From IMG/VR virus record IMGVR_UViG_3300009182_000050, positions 1 through 64,000 of that record: 64,000 nucleotides of DNA; one strand, 5' to 3'. The position numbers and the translations under genes were made by a program. The notes beneath the pieces were generated by a model. That model was given only the letters and a program-made list of their open reading frames with translations, ran no database searches and had not been told where the DNA came from. This stretch comes from a virus. Below are positions 22,964-34,221 of the stretch, piece by piece. Numbering within the stretch: position 1 is the stretch's first letter; each line of letters opens with the position of its first letter.

Positions 22964-24152
22964 TACTAATATCTCTTCTTGGATTAAATCCTTCTCCGAC
23001 TGTAAATGTGAGTAGACCAGGTTGACTTTCTAATCCTGCTCTATCACGCCACCAAGGACTGCCGTTATCAGTAGTCGGAGCCTGAAGCCATAGGCGAGAA
23101 CCAATATCAAGTGCTTTGAAGTGATGATAGTGACCTGATACCCAGAGGTCTGCTTGACCTAGTGCTGTCTGACCTGCTGCTTGACCTGATAAATACTTAA
23201 CAACATCTTTACCGCATTGATGTCCGTGAAATAAACCTACAAGAGTTCCGCAGATATTTACTGTAAGAGTCTGATGGTCTTTTTCTGGATAGCGAAACTT
23301 AATATGAGATAGAGCGTCATTCTCAGCGCAAGCATCTTGAACGGCTGATGCAATCTCTACATTCCAACCGTCTGATGGGTCTGCTACAACTTGTCGTGTA
23401 ACTTCATCGTGATTACCATTTACGACTGCAATAATCATTTCTTCACAATGCGGTGCAAAAGTTTTAATTTGTTGCATCAAAAGACGACGAGCAACACGAG
23501 TCTGCTCTGTTTGTCCAAGGTCTGATGCTGCAGGACTTTGAAGACGACCATTTTGAGAAGTGTTACCTTCCACATGGTCTCCAGCGAGAAGAATAGAAAC
23601 CGTTCCTAGACTACGACCAATCTTTTGTAGTTCTTTGTATCGCTGAAACGCTCCATCAGTAACACTTAAAATTTTCTGAATTGAATCTTCAGTTCCTAAA
23701 CCATTGGCTTTTTTACCAATCTGTTGGTCTGATGGAACAATTACAAATGCACCGTCTCCAGTTGCTTGCTTAGAACCTTTAGTTGGTTTCCATTTTTTAA
23801 TTTCATCTACAAGTTGCTCTAAATCAAAATCAGGTCCATCAATCAAATCTGCTGGAACAACTGAAACCTTATAAGCTTCTAGCCAATCTTGATTAAATGT
23901 CTGCCACTTACTTTGACGCACACTTGTTACACGCCAAGCCTTTGGGTCTAAGCCAAAGTCTTTAAGAATTTCGTCTGCATCGGCTGAGTTACCAGCAGGA
24001 CGAGGAGTACTGACAACAAAGCCACCAATATTGTGGTCAATATCCATACGCGCTCTCCACGCTTCTGGGGTTTCATTTGAGCGTCTATCAGAGCCTGTCT
24101 GACCAGGAGATGCTAATTCTTCTAAAACTTTTTTTGAAAAACTCTCTGACAT
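22950..24152 (-). CDS. Mre11-like metallophosphoesterase / exonuclease
   Basis: SDQQIGK, AGDHVEG, GNHDE, HGH and GHYHH motifs. Confidence 0.88.
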   Translation of the reverse strand: MSESFSKKVLEELASPGQTGSDRRSNETPEAWRARMDIDHNIGGFVVSTPRPAGNSADADEILKDFGLDPKAWRVTSVRQSKWQTFNQDWLEAYKVSVVPADLIDGPDFDLEQLVDEIKKWKPTKGSKQATGDGAFVIVPSDQQIGKKANGLGTEDSIQKILSVTDGAFQRYKELQKIGRSLGTVSILLAGDHVEGNTSQNGRLQSPAASDLGQTEQTRVARRLLMQQIKTFAPHCEEMIIAVVNGNHDEVTRQVVADPSDGWNVEIASAVQDACAENDALSHIKFRYPEKDHQTLTVNICGTLVGLFHGHQCGKDVVKYLSGQAAGQTALGQADLWVSGHYHHFKALDIGSRLWLQAPTTDNGSPWWRDRAGLESQPGLLTFTVGEGFNPRRDISIIQP

Positions 24153-24442
24153 CACTGATTACCTAATGCTTCTATACGAGCATTAATTCCTGTGAAGCAC
24201 CGGCATTGCTTACGACGATGAAGTGCTAAAGAAGATTGAGCAATGTCATATCCTTCTGATATGAGTAATTCTTGTATTTGACGATTTGAGAATCTTTTCA
24301 CTTTATCACTTTGTGGAAAAAGAATAAGTTCTAATGTATTTTTATCGTCTTTATCCATAACGGACATTACTTTTGAAACACCGCAAGGCAATCCAAATTG
24401 GGGTGCGCTAAGTTCTGATACTTTTTGTGCCAGTTTTCCCAT
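24152..24442 (-). CDS. Small Cys/His protein upstream of the phosphoesterase
   Basis: PCGV...HRRKQCRC; translationally coupled. Confidence 0.65.
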   Translation of the reverse strand: MGKLAQKVSELSAPQFGLPCGVSKVMSVMDKDDKNTLELILFPQSDKVKRFSNRQIQELLISEGYDIAQSSLALHRRKQCRCFTGINARIEALGNQ

Positions 24443-24568
24443 ATTCAGTCCTTCCATAAAACAAGTCTTGTGACTAGTTATGTAAGAACTTTAGCAGAAA
24501 TATAGTTAAAAATAATGACTATGTTATGGGCGTGTCTAAATATTATAAATATAAAAACTGCTAGAAAA

Positions 24569-24880
24569 CTATGCTTGTTTTCTTGTTCTAGTTCGCTTTA
24601 TTGCGACTGGTTTAGTTAACTCTTGAGCCACTGCTGTAGCCTCTGAGTGAGAGAGTAGGTGGTCTGTCATCGCTTGTCGAACTTCTCTAACATCTTTGTG
24701 GACATCTTCTAAGTGAGCCGTAAGGTGTTTTAGACTACCCTGCACACTGCCAGCAAAGCCATTACTTATTGGTCTAGTATTCTTTTCTGCACGAGAGGCT
24801 TTAACCAATCCATAGGCTGAGACACCAGCAGCTAGAACAGAACCTAAAGCAGCAATCAGTGCTACTGAAGCATCAGACAT
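24569..24880 (-). CDS. Membrane protein (N-terminal TM plus coiled coil)
   Basis: Hydrophobic N-terminus; AGGAG SD. Confidence 0.7.
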   Translation of the reverse strand: MSDASVALIAALGSVLAAGVSAYGLVKASRAEKNTRPISNGFAGSVQGSLKHLTAHLEDVHKDVREVRQAMTDHLLSHSEATAVAQELTKPVAIKRTRTRKQA

Positions 24881-25074
24881 GATTACTCCTGATAAGATAC
24901 AAAAGTGTATTAAGCAATGTCTTAACTATACCATAGATGACCTAAATACCTTTAGTATTGACTTTGGCTCCCTCTGGTGTATAGTCTTCATACAAGCCAA
25001 ATTCACCAAATTTTCAAATTCTTTTTCCGAAGGGGTAATGATGCAAGCGACGGTAAAAAGACTAAGTATTATTA

Positions 25075-27738
25075 ATGAAGGTGTCTGTGAGTAAGCACGA
25101 AAAAGCAAATCTTGATGGTAGATTTGAAAAAGCGACATCTTGGTATGCCTCACAGGGGTGGAAGATTCTCCCTTGCTACGGCATTGTTGGTGGTCGTTGT
25201 ACTTGTAATGGTTCTCACGCTGAGCCAAAAGATATTGGAAAGCACCCAGCAATTAATGGCTGGCACACAGAAGCATCAAGCGATTTACTAGAAATTCAGC
25301 GTTGGTGGGAACGTGACTCAGAAGCAAATATTGGTGTCTTCTGTCGTCCATCAGGATTTTTTGTAATTGATATTGACCCTCGCTCCGGTGGTCACGATGC
25401 ATTTGAAGAGTTTGAAAAACTAGTTGAGGGTGCTCTTCCTCCAACGGTTGAAGCATTGACCGGTGAGTACACACTTGCTGGTAAAACAATGCGTGGTCGT
25501 CATATTTTTTATCGTTGCGACCCTTCAGAAGACCTTGTTGGGAATCTAAAAGCTGCTGGTATCAAGGGAATTGATATTAAGCACAATGGTTATGTTCTTA
25601 TTGCTCCATCGCGTCACTTTTCTGGTGAAAACTATGAATGGGTGAATGGCAAAGCTCCTTGGGAAACTGAGATGGCTGATGCTCCAGAAGAACTTCTTGC
25701 ATTTCTTCGTAAGAGGACTCGTCGTTCTGCATCAACAAGTACAACTCTTGGAACTATGGACTGGAGTGCTGCCTTTGATGGTGTTGACTTTGGTGCAAAT
25801 AAAGCAGAGATTGAAAAACTTCTTGATGAAGGTATTGATGAAGGTTCTCGCGCTGTTGATATTTATCGCCTTACCTGTTCACTTGCTAATCAATATCCAG
25901 TAGACAAAGAACACGGTCGTCAGGCTCTTGAGACTTTGATGATTCGTTTTAATGCTGAGAAGGTTCGTCCACCTCTTGAACTTGAAGGAACAAACGGTCT
26001 TCTTCACCATGTTCGTCGTGCAATTAAGTATGTTGCAGAAAATCCAAAGTCTGAATTTTTATGGCCTGGCATCTCTGACAAAGAAACTGGATGGGCTAAA
26101 AAATCTACAGAAGAGACTGCTGAAAAGTTTAGGTCAACTACTACTCCTATTCAGCCAATTCTTGGTGTTGCTTATCCAAAAAATATTGATGCTCTTCCAG
26201 GAACTATGGCTGGTGCTATCTCAAAAAGTATTCACGAGGGTGAGTCAATTGCTGAAGCATCATCACTATCTAATCTCAATGTGCCTAAAGACCCTGATGC
26301 AATTCTTGAAGAAGATGGTGGGGAAGTTGGTAAGCGTACTCTTTCTGATACAGGTAATGGTCGTCGCTTTGTAGATACTTTTGGTGAAGCGATTCGCTAT
26401 TCAGAAGGTCTTGGATTTTTTCACTGGTCTGGTGGATATTGGAAGCCCGACATTGAAGGCTTAGAAATGCAGGAACTTGCAAAGCATCTTGCACCGGTTA
26501 TCGCTAGTGAAGTAGTTCACTATGAAGGTGATACTGATAAGCAGTCTGAAGTAATCAAATGGGCGCAACTTTCAAAATCAAATGCTCGTATCAAGTCAGC
26601 AATTGATAACGCAAATTCTGACCGTCGTATTCGTGTTGAAGTTTCTAAGTGGGATTCTGAGCCACATATGCTTGGTGTACTTAATGGTGTAGTTGATTTG
26701 CGTACTGGTGAACTTCTTAAGAATCGTCCAGACCTCTACATCACACGTCGTGCACCTGTTGCTTATACACCGGGACTTAGTAATGTTCGTTGGCAACAAT
26801 TCTTAGACTTTGCTACAGGTGGAGATAAAGAATATCAAGATTGGCTACAAAGAGCAGCAGGATATTCACTTACTGGTTTGAGTAAGTATGACTTGATGTT
26901 TCTTGTATATGGTCCTGCAGGTTCTGGTAAAAATACATTTGTTGAAGCAATTGTTAAATGTCTTGGTACTCAGCAATACGCTTGGCCATTTGACTCAAGT
27001 ATTCTTGCAAGTGGTGATGGAAACGCTAACGGCTCTGATATGTATCACTGGGCTGAACTTCGTGGTCGTCGTCTTGTTTGGGTTGATGAACTTCCAGACT
27101 CAGAGCGTCTAAAAGAAAACTCAGTTAAAAAGTTAACTGGTTCATCTGAAATTTCTGCTCGTTCTCCCGGTGAGCGTCCATTTACATTTGCCTCACAAGC
27201 AAAACTTTGGATTTCTACTAACCACCGTCCAATTATTACTGACGATGCAATGTGGCGACGTATTCGTCCAATTCCATTTACATTTGTACCTGAGAATCCT
27301 GACCCAGACTTAAAAGAATATATCTTTGACCCAGAAGGTGCGCTTCCTGCTGTACTTTCTTGGGCAGTTGAGGGTGCTATCAAGATGCTGAACTCTAGCT
27401 CTCGTGATGCTCTTGGTTGGTGTTCTGTAGTTTCTGAAGCTGCTGAAATTTACCGAAAGACAGAAGACCGTATTGGTATTTTCTTAGATGAAGAAACTAT
27501 TGAGAATGAGGGTGCAACTACCCCTATTAAATCTTTGTACAGTATTTATCGTATTTGGGCTGAAGAACGTGGCGAAAAGCCTATGAGTCAGACTGCTTTC
27601 CAGCGCAAAATGCACGAAAGAAATGTTAATATTGTTGGTATGGGGTCTCAGGCTATTATACACGGCAGGTCACTTAAACCTCGTACAGTTGTTACTGGAG
27701 AAATTGACTGGGGAGCAGCAACTAGATTTGCTAGATAG
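25075..27738 (+). CDS. Bifunctional primase-polymerase / D5-like SF3 helicase
   Basis: GKHP, NIG, IDIDPR and GRHIFY prim-pol motifs; GPAGSGKNT, DE and TNHRP...AMWRR helicase motifs. Confidence 0.93.
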   Translation: MKVSVSKHEKANLDGRFEKATSWYASQGWKILPCYGIVGGRCTCNGSHAEPKDIGKHPAINGWHTEASSDLLEIQRWWERDSEANIGVFCRPSGFFVIDIDPRSGGHDAFEEFEKLVEGALPPTVEALTGEYTLAGKTMRGRHIFYRCDPSEDLVGNLKAAGIKGIDIKHNGYVLIAPSRHFSGENYEWVNGKAPWETEMADAPEELLAFLRKRTRRSASTSTTLGTMDWSAAFDGVDFGANKAEIEKLLDEGIDEGSRAVDIYRLTCSLANQYPVDKEHGRQALETLMIRFNAEKVRPPLELEGTNGLLHHVRRAIKYVAENPKSEFLWPGISDKETGWAKKSTEETAEKFRSTTTPIQPILGVAYPKNIDALPGTMAGAISKSIHEGESIAEASSLSNLNVPKDPDAILEEDGGEVGKRTLSDTGNGRRFVDTFGEAIRYSEGLGFFHWSGGYWKPDIEGLEMQELAKHLAPVIASEVVHYEGDTDKQSEVIKWAQLSKSNARIKSAIDNANSDRRIRVEVSKWDSEPHMLGVLNGVVDLRTGELLKNRPDLYITRRAPVAYTPGLSNVRWQQFLDFATGGDKEYQDWLQRAAGYSLTGLSKYDLMFLVYGPAGSGKNTFVEAIVKCLGTQQYAWPFDSSILASGDGNANGSDMYHWAELRGRRLVWVDELPDSERLKENSVKKLTGSSEISARSPGERPFTFASQAKLWISTNHRPIITDDAMWRRIRPIPFTFVPENPDPDLKEYIFDPEGALPAVLSWAVEGAIKMLNSSSRDALGWCSVVSEAAEIYRKTEDRIGIFLDEETIENEGATTPIKSLYSIYRIWAEERGEKPMSQTAFQRKMHERNVNIVGMGSQAIIHGRSLKPRTVVTGEIDWGAATRFAR

Positions 27739-27798
27739 GGTTTTCTAGAATCAGGTAAAATAGAAAGCAGTATCTTTCTATTCACTAAAGGATTAAAA

Positions 27799-28539
27799 AT
27801 GGCTAACCCGGTAAAAAACCCTAAGATTTCACAACCTTGGGGTCGTCCAAATCCTCGTTATTCGGCTAAGCGTCATACAGGTATTGACTTTGCATGTCCT
27901 ATTGGCACACCTATTTTTGCAGTTGCAAATGGTGTAATTGAAGATGTTATTACAGACACATCTTACGGTAAAGTTGTAATTCTTCGTTGCTCATCTGCTG
28001 AGAAAAAAATTGTACATATTTGGTACTGCCATTTATCACGTCAAGATGTTAAAAAAGGTCAAAAAGTTGAAGAGGGTGCTCAACTAGGTCTTACAGGTAA
28101 TACAGGAAACTCAACTGGTCCGCATCTTCATCTAGAAACTCGCGTTGCACCATTCCGTTACGGTAATGATGTAAGCAATCCATTCTTGGATATTGCAGGA
28201 ATCATTGACCCTAATGCTCCATCAGAGCGCAAGATTGGTCTTTGGAAGAAAACTATTGGTGCTGTAAAACCTGCTTCTTCATCAAAGCCAACAAAAGTTG
28301 TGCATATGTCTGGTCTTGTTTTTGGTGCTACTAATGATGACATTAAGGTTGTTCAGTCTGCACTTGTTGACTTATGCGGTGCAGAAATTAATGCTGATGG
28401 TCATTATGATGACAAAACAAAAGAAGCTTATAAGTTATGGCAACATAAGTTAGGTTTCCACGGTAAAGATGCTGATGGTATTCCAGGCAAGAAGTCTATG
28501 GCTGAACTTGCAAAGCGATATGGATTTAAGTTGGTCTAG
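27799..28539 (+). CDS. M23 peptidase endolysin with peptidoglycan-binding domain
   Basis: HTGID, YCHL, GNSTGPHLHLE motifs; DG..G PG-binding C-terminus. Confidence 0.92.
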   Translation: MANPVKNPKISQPWGRPNPRYSAKRHTGIDFACPIGTPIFAVANGVIEDVITDTSYGKVVILRCSSAEKKIVHIWYCHLSRQDVKKGQKVEEGAQLGLTGNTGNSTGPHLHLETRVAPFRYGNDVSNPFLDIAGIIDPNAPSERKIGLWKKTIGAVKPASSSKPTKVVHMSGLVFGATNDDIKVVQSALVDLCGAEINADGHYDDKTKEAYKLWQHKLGFHGKDADGIPGKKSMAELAKRYGFKLV

Positions 28540-29954
28540 GGTCTAAAAACCCGACCACCACGTCCACTACTACCGCCACCACGATTACGACCAGTATCAA
28601 TTTTTCTATTGGCATGTGAGTGTGCAGTAATTCTTCCACCAACAAAACCTTGTGGTGGCTTAATAAGGAGAGCAGTAAGTGCATGGACTAGAGCGTCAAC
28701 TCTATCAGGAGATTTACCTTCTCCTGGAATCCATGAGGTCATCTGGTCTTCAAGTTCAGCGAGAAAACCAATATGGTGAACTCGTCCCTGCTCGTAAGCC
28801 AAAACTGTTGGTTCGGCTCTCAAAGCCTTACCGTGCTTTGAGTGAACTTCTAAAACAGTAACACTTGGGTCAATAGCATTAATTGCATTACGCACCAATG
28901 CTCCACCCTGATTAACTTCAGCAATAACTGGACACATCCATTTACGAGCCATCTCTACAACTTTATTTGCCCATACATCTGGTGAACCAAGTACAGAAGC
29001 ATCTTCAAGAATCCATGCCTCACGCTTATAAAGGTCGCGGTCTCCAGTAGATGCACAAACTACAATTCCACACTCATCTCGTGGATTCTCAGCAACAGAT
29101 GGGTCAACACCAATACAACGAAGCGGTGTTCCCATAGGAAATGAAGCGTGACGATTACGCTCAATCATTTCAATAGTCCACAAAGCACCTTCAATATCGT
29201 CAAGCATCTCACCATAAAGTTCTTGAGCTGCCAGACGAGTTCCTTCATAAACACCCATAATGGCATCCATATATGCGGTAGAAAGATTTCCTGCGTTATC
29301 CATTGTGCTTCCACGAGTAATAACTACATTTCCACTTTTCTTTGATTCTTCAATAAGTTGATAAAGTAGTGCTACTCGTTTGGGTGTAGTGGTGACCATA
29401 ATCTTTGGACGAGCACCAAGACGAGTACCAACTCGTAAGTTATCAAATGCAGTCATGCCAGCAGCGTCTGGAGTCTGTCGCCATGCGGCTACCTCGTCTC
29501 CCCAAGCGTGAGTGAATTGTGGTCCACGAAGTGAGTCAGGTTCATCTGCAGTAAAGCAAGTTGCAGTATTTCCATTAGGCCAAGTTAGACGACGCTTAGA
29601 TGGTTCATAATGTGGTTTTTCACTAGGAGGTGAAACATTAATAATTCCTGATTCACCTTCAACAATAACATCGCGCACATCGGCAGCAGTACGAGCAACA
29701 AGGGCAAAACGAAGTTGTCCATTAGTTGTGTACTTTGCCTCTTCACGAACCCACTCGGCAGCAGTACGAGTTTTGCCAGCACCACGACCAGCAATATAAG
29801 CCCAAATATTCCAATCACCTTGAGGTGATTGTTGTTCAGGACGACCCCAAGCCTTCCAGTCCCAAAGAAGATTGTCCATATCCATATCAGCAAGAACAGC
29901 ATTACGCTCTGCTTCTGAAAGCAAAGCAATCTGCTCCATCAAACTCTTGCCCAT
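28536..29954 (-). CDS. terL: Terminase large subunit
   Basis: GRGAGKT, LRGPQF..AWGDE, TTTP, GVDP, SPDRVDA motifs; GAGG SD before ATG at 29954. Confidence 0.95.
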   Translation of the reverse strand: MGKSLMEQIALLSEAERNAVLADMDMDNLLWDWKAWGRPEQQSPQGDWNIWAYIAGRGAGKTRTAAEWVREEAKYTTNGQLRFALVARTAADVRDVIVEGESGIINVSPPSEKPHYEPSKRRLTWPNGNTATCFTADEPDSLRGPQFTHAWGDEVAAWRQTPDAAGMTAFDNLRVGTRLGARPKIMVTTTPKRVALLYQLIEESKKSGNVVITRGSTMDNAGNLSTAYMDAIMGVYEGTRLAAQELYGEMLDDIEGALWTIEMIERNRHASFPMGTPLRCIGVDPSVAENPRDECGIVVCASTGDRDLYKREAWILEDASVLGSPDVWANKVVEMARKWMCPVIAEVNQGGALVRNAINAIDPSVTVLEVHSKHGKALRAEPTVLAYEQGRVHHIGFLAELEDQMTSWIPGEGKSPDRVDALVHALTALLIKPPQGFVGGRITAHSHANRKIDTGRNRGGGSSGRGGRVFRP

Positions 29955-30017
29955 ATTTCCTCGCTTAAAATAAATACCCCCAGTACCAAGTAGTACCGGG
30001 GGCATAAGTTTTATTAT

Positions 30018-30512
30018 TTAACTATTGCGCTTCAAACTACTCTGTACTCCATAATACAGGGGAGCAGCTGAACTTAGTCCAAGTTCACGCGCAAGAATTG
30101 AAAGAGAAACACCACTACGGTATTCATCTGCTAGTTGGTCATGGTACTGGTCAATACCAATTTCTTTTGCTTCCTTGACTCGCTGTGCAGCATCAAGATT
30201 CTGTTGCTTTGTTGCTCGTGTCTTTGGCTTAATGCTGGACACTGATACATCTTTCATAACAACTCGGCGGCGCAGTCCTGGGTAAGCAACTTTAAGTGCT
30301 ACAGCAAGTTGTGGAAGACTTCCACCCTTTTCCTGATACTCAACAAGAAGTTCCGTATAGGTACGACTTGCTGTGTGTTCTGGACTATTTTGGCTACGAG
30401 AACCGTAAGCCTTTTTAGCCAATGGCAGGATAGGAGTAATCTTTTCCGTATACTCAACTAAAAGTTCATTCATAATGTCTTTTTTCTCCAATTTGTCATT
30501 AGCGTGTGTCAT
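30018..30512 (-). CDS. Tandem HTH DNA-binding protein
   Basis: Two similar segments (YQEKGGSLPQLAVAL / YRSGVSLSILAREL); leaderless start. Confidence 0.65.
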   Translation of the reverse strand: MTHANDKLEKKDIMNELLVEYTEKITPILPLAKKAYGSRSQNSPEHTASRTYTELLVEYQEKGGSLPQLAVALKVAYPGLRRRVVMKDVSVSSIKPKTRATKQQNLDAAQRVKEAKEIGIDQYHDQLADEYRSGVSLSILARELGLSSAAPLYYGVQSSLKRNS

Positions 30513-30582
30513 AGAACTATGGTACAAGCTATTAATAACTAATGCAAATCAGATAGATATCTAAAGACATCTTCCTGCACTT

Positions 30583-30795
30583 TTATTCGTTATTGTCTTT
30601 AGAATCTTCTTTTTCTAATGGCTCACGAAGGCGTAGCGTGATAAGCCATAAAACTAGAGAAAAGAGGATTGCATAACCCACAATAACTCTGGCTGAACCG
30701 TCAAGCACGCACCAAGCAACAAACATACCTAAAAGTGTCCATGTCTGGTTTAGTGACTCAACGATGATATCTTTAATCCAACGAAGTAGTCTCAT
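30583..30795 (-). CDS. Small two-TM membrane protein
   Basis: Two hydrophobic helices; coupled to the upstream gene. Confidence 0.7.
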   Translation of the reverse strand: MRLLRWIKDIIVESLNQTWTLLGMFVAWCVLDGSARVIVGYAILFSLVLWLITLRLREPLEKEDSKDNNE

Positions 30796-33260
30796 TATAT
30801 TTTCCTTGTCAATAGTGATGCAGTTCCAGCAATAACCTGAGTTACAATTACAGCTGGAATTGCTGCTTGTTGTGCTTTCTTGCGTGTTTCTGGTGTCATA
30901 TCTGCACCAACATTTGCGATAGCAGTAAGTGCTTTACCTGGGTTGGTAAATACTGCTGACAAAATCTCGGAAGGGGCTTCAAAAATTTGTAGAGCGTCAG
31001 CAACATTAGCTGTCAAAACTACGCCATTTTCCAAAGTAATTGGTTGCTCTGGTGGCAAGTCTGAGTAATCCAAGCCGGACTCTGCAAAGACATCAGCAGG
31101 AATTGCTGTATCTGCATAAGCCGTAACAAGAACATCAGAAACTAATTGTTTTTCTTCCTCGGATAACTGACCATCTGCTTGCAAGTTATCAACAAGATTT
31201 GTTACTTCTTCTTGACTAAGATTTCCATCAGATAATAAATTACTAACAATTGCTTGAGTCTCTGCTTGAGTTATAACTCCATCAGATGATGCATTGTCTA
31301 CAAGAACTTGTTGCTCTTGCTGAGAAGAGATAGTAGGCTCAACTGTAGGTTCAACATTAGGAGTTGGTTCAGGTGAAGAAGTTACTACGGGCTTTGGGGA
31401 CGGTTCTGATGATGGGGTTTTGGATGGTTTTGGTTCAGGCTCTTTTGTTGGGGTCACTATGGGCGGTTCTGTTGGTTCTGACGTCGGTGTGGGAGTAGGT
31501 TCAACAGTTGGTTCTACAGTAGGTTCAGGTGTTGGTTCAACAGTTGGAGTTGGTTCAACAGTTGGCTCTACAGTTGGAGTTGGCTCAATAGTTGGGCTAG
31601 GTTCTACAGTTGGGGTTGGGGTTGGCTCTGGTGTTGGTTCAACAGTTGGTTCTGGAGTTGGAGTTGGAGTTGGAGTTGGAGTTGGAGTAGGAGTAGGTTC
31701 AACTACAATACCTAAATCACAAATAGAATCTCCAGAAACTCTTTGACAAGAATTAGTTCCTGGGCCACCATAAAATAAACCATTCTCATCTATGACAAGA
31801 TTAGTGTCGTCTCCTTCACCACCATAAAATGCTGAGTGCCACTGTTGAACAACAATGTCATTCCCAGCACCACCAAAAAAGTAATCTCTAGTTTGTGCAT
31901 CAGAATCTAAAGAATAAACAGTATTATTTTCAGAGTTACCACAAAAAATATCTGGACTATTGCCATAGTTATTACCAAATTCTCTAGAACCTTCAGCCAA
32001 ATTTATATGCCAGTATCCTGAGTAAACTCCTGCTAATAATTGTTCTCTAGTAATTCCTATGATTGAAAGTATTGAATCTGCAGTAAAACTTGGGTCATCA
32101 ATGTTTGCTGCACATTGGTCAATTGTTGGAGGCTCTGCTGGACATTGCTGATTCCACTCAACATATGAACTATCCCAACAATGAACAGGTGGTGGAATTA
32201 CTGGACAAACACCATTCCACGGAACTACATCATTATTCCAACAAATAATATCGGGTGGAGTTGGAGCACACTCTGATTGATAGTGAACTACGGAGTCGTC
32301 CCAGCAAACTACTTGAGGCTCTATAGGACAAGTATCATTCCAAGCAATAGAAGCACCATTCCAGCATTGAATAGGTGGTGGTTCTGGTAAGCAAGTACCA
32401 TTCCAAGAAACAGTAGAACCGTTCCAACATTGAACATCAGGAGGAGTTGGTGGACAAGTTTGATTGTAAGGAATTGTAGAGCCATCCCAGCATTGAATTG
32501 GCTGAGGAATTACTGGACAAGTTTGACTCCAAGTTACCCAAGAACCGTCCCAGCACTGTGTGTCTGGTGGAACTGGTGGGCAGGTCTGATTCCACGCGAC
32601 TGTTGAGCCATCCCAACATTGACCTGCTGGAGGTTCTGCAGGACAGGTTGAAGTAAGAGGAATTACAGAACCATCCCAACAAGATTGCATTTCAATTGGT
32701 CGGCCACCATTAACAGTAAATGCCTCAGAGATGGTAACTACATCTTGCCCAGAAATAAATCTAATACCTCTACGAAGACTACTTGGAAGCCATCCTGTTG
32801 TTTCAATAGTTCCTGACCAAGCTGGTAAACGAGAAGTATCAACAGTCAATGTAATTTTTGTAAAATCACCATTGTTTTGTGGGTATGGACGAACCATCCA
32901 CTCTACACAAAAACCTGTTTCAGTTGCTCCATAACTCAGGTAACCACCAGACCAAGTAACCCAATCCCATCCGGCTAAAGAGATAGAAGGAGTATTTGGA
33001 TAACTACTAAATGTTGCATCAGGTGAACCAAATGTGAGCGTTCCATTTGTAGTTGCGTAGACAGTATCGTAAGAAGTGTCACCAAGATTTATATTTGTAG
33101 GAAGAAATATTTGATGTGCAACATCATCTTCGCCTGTCCAAGAAACTTGGTTGCAAGGCTGAGGGGCTACCGCATTTGCAGGACTCTGAAATGCTAATGG
33201 TAAAACTACCAATAATGCTAAATATGTATAAGCGGTTAAGGCTCTAATAAACTTAGACAA
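30795..33260 (-). CDS. Exported/membrane-anchored protein with 9 CW(D/N)GS Cys repeats, RTX-like GGxGxD motifs, PT/PE linker and EF-hand-like repeats
   Basis: Signal peptide (..PANA), repeats visible in the translation, C-terminal hydrophobic anchor; GGAGG SD before TTG. Confidence 0.8.
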   Translation of the reverse strand: MSKFIRALTAYTYLALLVVLPLAFQSPANAVAPQPCNQVSWTGEDDVAHQIFLPTNINLGDTSYDTVYATTNGTLTFGSPDATFSSYPNTPSISLAGWDWVTWSGGYLSYGATETGFCVEWMVRPYPQNNGDFTKITLTVDTSRLPAWSGTIETTGWLPSSLRRGIRFISGQDVVTISEAFTVNGGRPIEMQSCWDGSVIPLTSTCPAEPPAGQCWDGSTVAWNQTCPPVPPDTQCWDGSWVTWSQTCPVIPQPIQCWDGSTIPYNQTCPPTPPDVQCWNGSTVSWNGTCLPEPPPIQCWNGASIAWNDTCPIEPQVVCWDDSVVHYQSECAPTPPDIICWNNDVVPWNGVCPVIPPPVHCWDSSYVEWNQQCPAEPPTIDQCAANIDDPSFTADSILSIIGITREQLLAGVYSGYWHINLAEGSREFGNNYGNSPDIFCGNSENNTVYSLDSDAQTRDYFFGGAGNDIVVQQWHSAFYGGEGDDTNLVIDENGLFYGGPGTNSCQRVSGDSICDLGIVVEPTPTPTPTPTPTPTPEPTVEPTPEPTPTPTVEPSPTIEPTPTVEPTVEPTPTVEPTPEPTVEPTVEPTPTPTSEPTEPPIVTPTKEPEPKPSKTPSSEPSPKPVVTSSPEPTPNVEPTVEPTISSQQEQQVLVDNASSDGVITQAETQAIVSNLLSDGNLSQEEVTNLVDNLQADGQLSEEEKQLVSDVLVTAYADTAIPADVFAESGLDYSDLPPEQPITLENGVVLTANVADALQIFEAPSEILSAVFTNPGKALTAIANVGADMTPETRKKAQQAAIPAVIVTQVIAGTASLLTRKI

Positions 33261-33341
33261 AGTAGCCCCTCCAGCAAGGGTATTCGTTCCGTGTGTCAGC
33301 CTGTGTGTCGTCAGACTTATATCACTATTTTACTTTAGTTA

Positions 33342-34019
33342 CTAACTATCTAAGTTATCTATTTGTTTCACATAAGCAATGTATGCGTGTCTAACAGTTG
33401 CTGGATACCATTGCTTTCCTTCGTGTGCAGTAGGTATTCCCTCAGCATTAAGAGCATTAGCAATAAGTTGATAAGACATTCCTAACTGTCTATTTTTATA
33501 GATTCTTTCTCGTACTTCTTTCTCAATATCTGGTGTAGGTCCAAGGTCTATACCCCAAACTTTTCCATTACTTCGTCTATCACGGTGAACATCTTTTTGA
33601 CGTTCAGAAATCATTCCGCGTTCCATCTCCGCCATAGCAGCCATAATGGTAACAACAAAACGACCCTGATGAGTTGCAGTATCAAGACCAAGGTCAAGAA
33701 GAGCCAAACGCCAACCAAACTTATGAGAACGGTCAACAATGCTAAGAAAATCTTTAGTTGAACGCGCCAATCTATCAAGACGTGTGACATAAATTGCCTG
33801 AGCCTTTCCTGCGTCTAGGTCATCTAGCGCATTTCTTAGTACTGGTCGTCCTTGAATACTTTTACCTGAGCGACCTTCTTCTCTTAAAATTACTGGTTCA
33901 TAGTCAGCAGCAAGTGCTGCATACTCCATTTGTTTGACCTGAGCATCAAGACTGATTCCATCATTGACCTGCATCTGTGTTGATACGCGAGCATAGAGGT
34001 AAGCAATTCCGTTAAACAT
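33342..34019 (-). CDS. Serine recombinase (resolvase) with short recombinase-type DNA-binding domain
   Basis: YARVST, SGK...GRP, RLDRLAR, AEMER...ER and IANALNAEG...W motifs. Confidence 0.92.
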   Translation of the reverse strand: MFNGIAYLYARVSTQMQVNDGISLDAQVKQMEYAALAADYEPVILREEGRSGKSIQGRPVLRNALDDLDAGKAQAIYVTRLDRLARSTKDFLSIVDRSHKFGWRLALLDLGLDTATHQGRFVVTIMAAMAEMERGMISERQKDVHRDRRSNGKVWGIDLGPTPDIEKEVRERIYKNRQLGMSYQLIANALNAEGIPTAHEGKQWYPATVRHAYIAYVKQIDNLDS

Positions 34020-34221
34020 TTAAGTTTGTGTATTTCTGAGCATACTTGTAAACAAGGCCAGCTATGAGTATGTCGTCTAGTTGGCCTAGGACTGGGATAA
34101 AGTCTGGGATTAAGTCAATGGGGGATAAGAGGTATATAACTAAAAAAACTACAGCAATCTTTACTTTAAGAGGGGCGTGACTAAAAGTCTCTCTATTAAT
34201 CATTTCTTTGACTTTAAGCAT
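34012..34221 (-). CDS. DUF1232/YkvA-family membrane protein
   Basis: YLLSPIDLIPDFIPVLGQLDD. Confidence 0.9.
   Translation of the reverse strand: MLKVKEMINRETFSHAPLKVKIAVVFLVIYLLSPIDLIPDFIPVLGQLDDILIAGLVYKYAQKYTNLNV

Noticed and set aside
31420-31746. GVGSTV-repeat ORF and the underlying 6-/12-bp tandem repeats as a CRISPR or VNTR element
   Set aside because: It is the antisense of the PT/PE linker in the 821-aa gene, with no unique spacers.
33342-34019. Serine recombinase as an integrase or IS607-type transposon marker
   Set aside because: It is too short for a large serine integrase, with no tnpB, no att-like repeat and no immunity module nearby.
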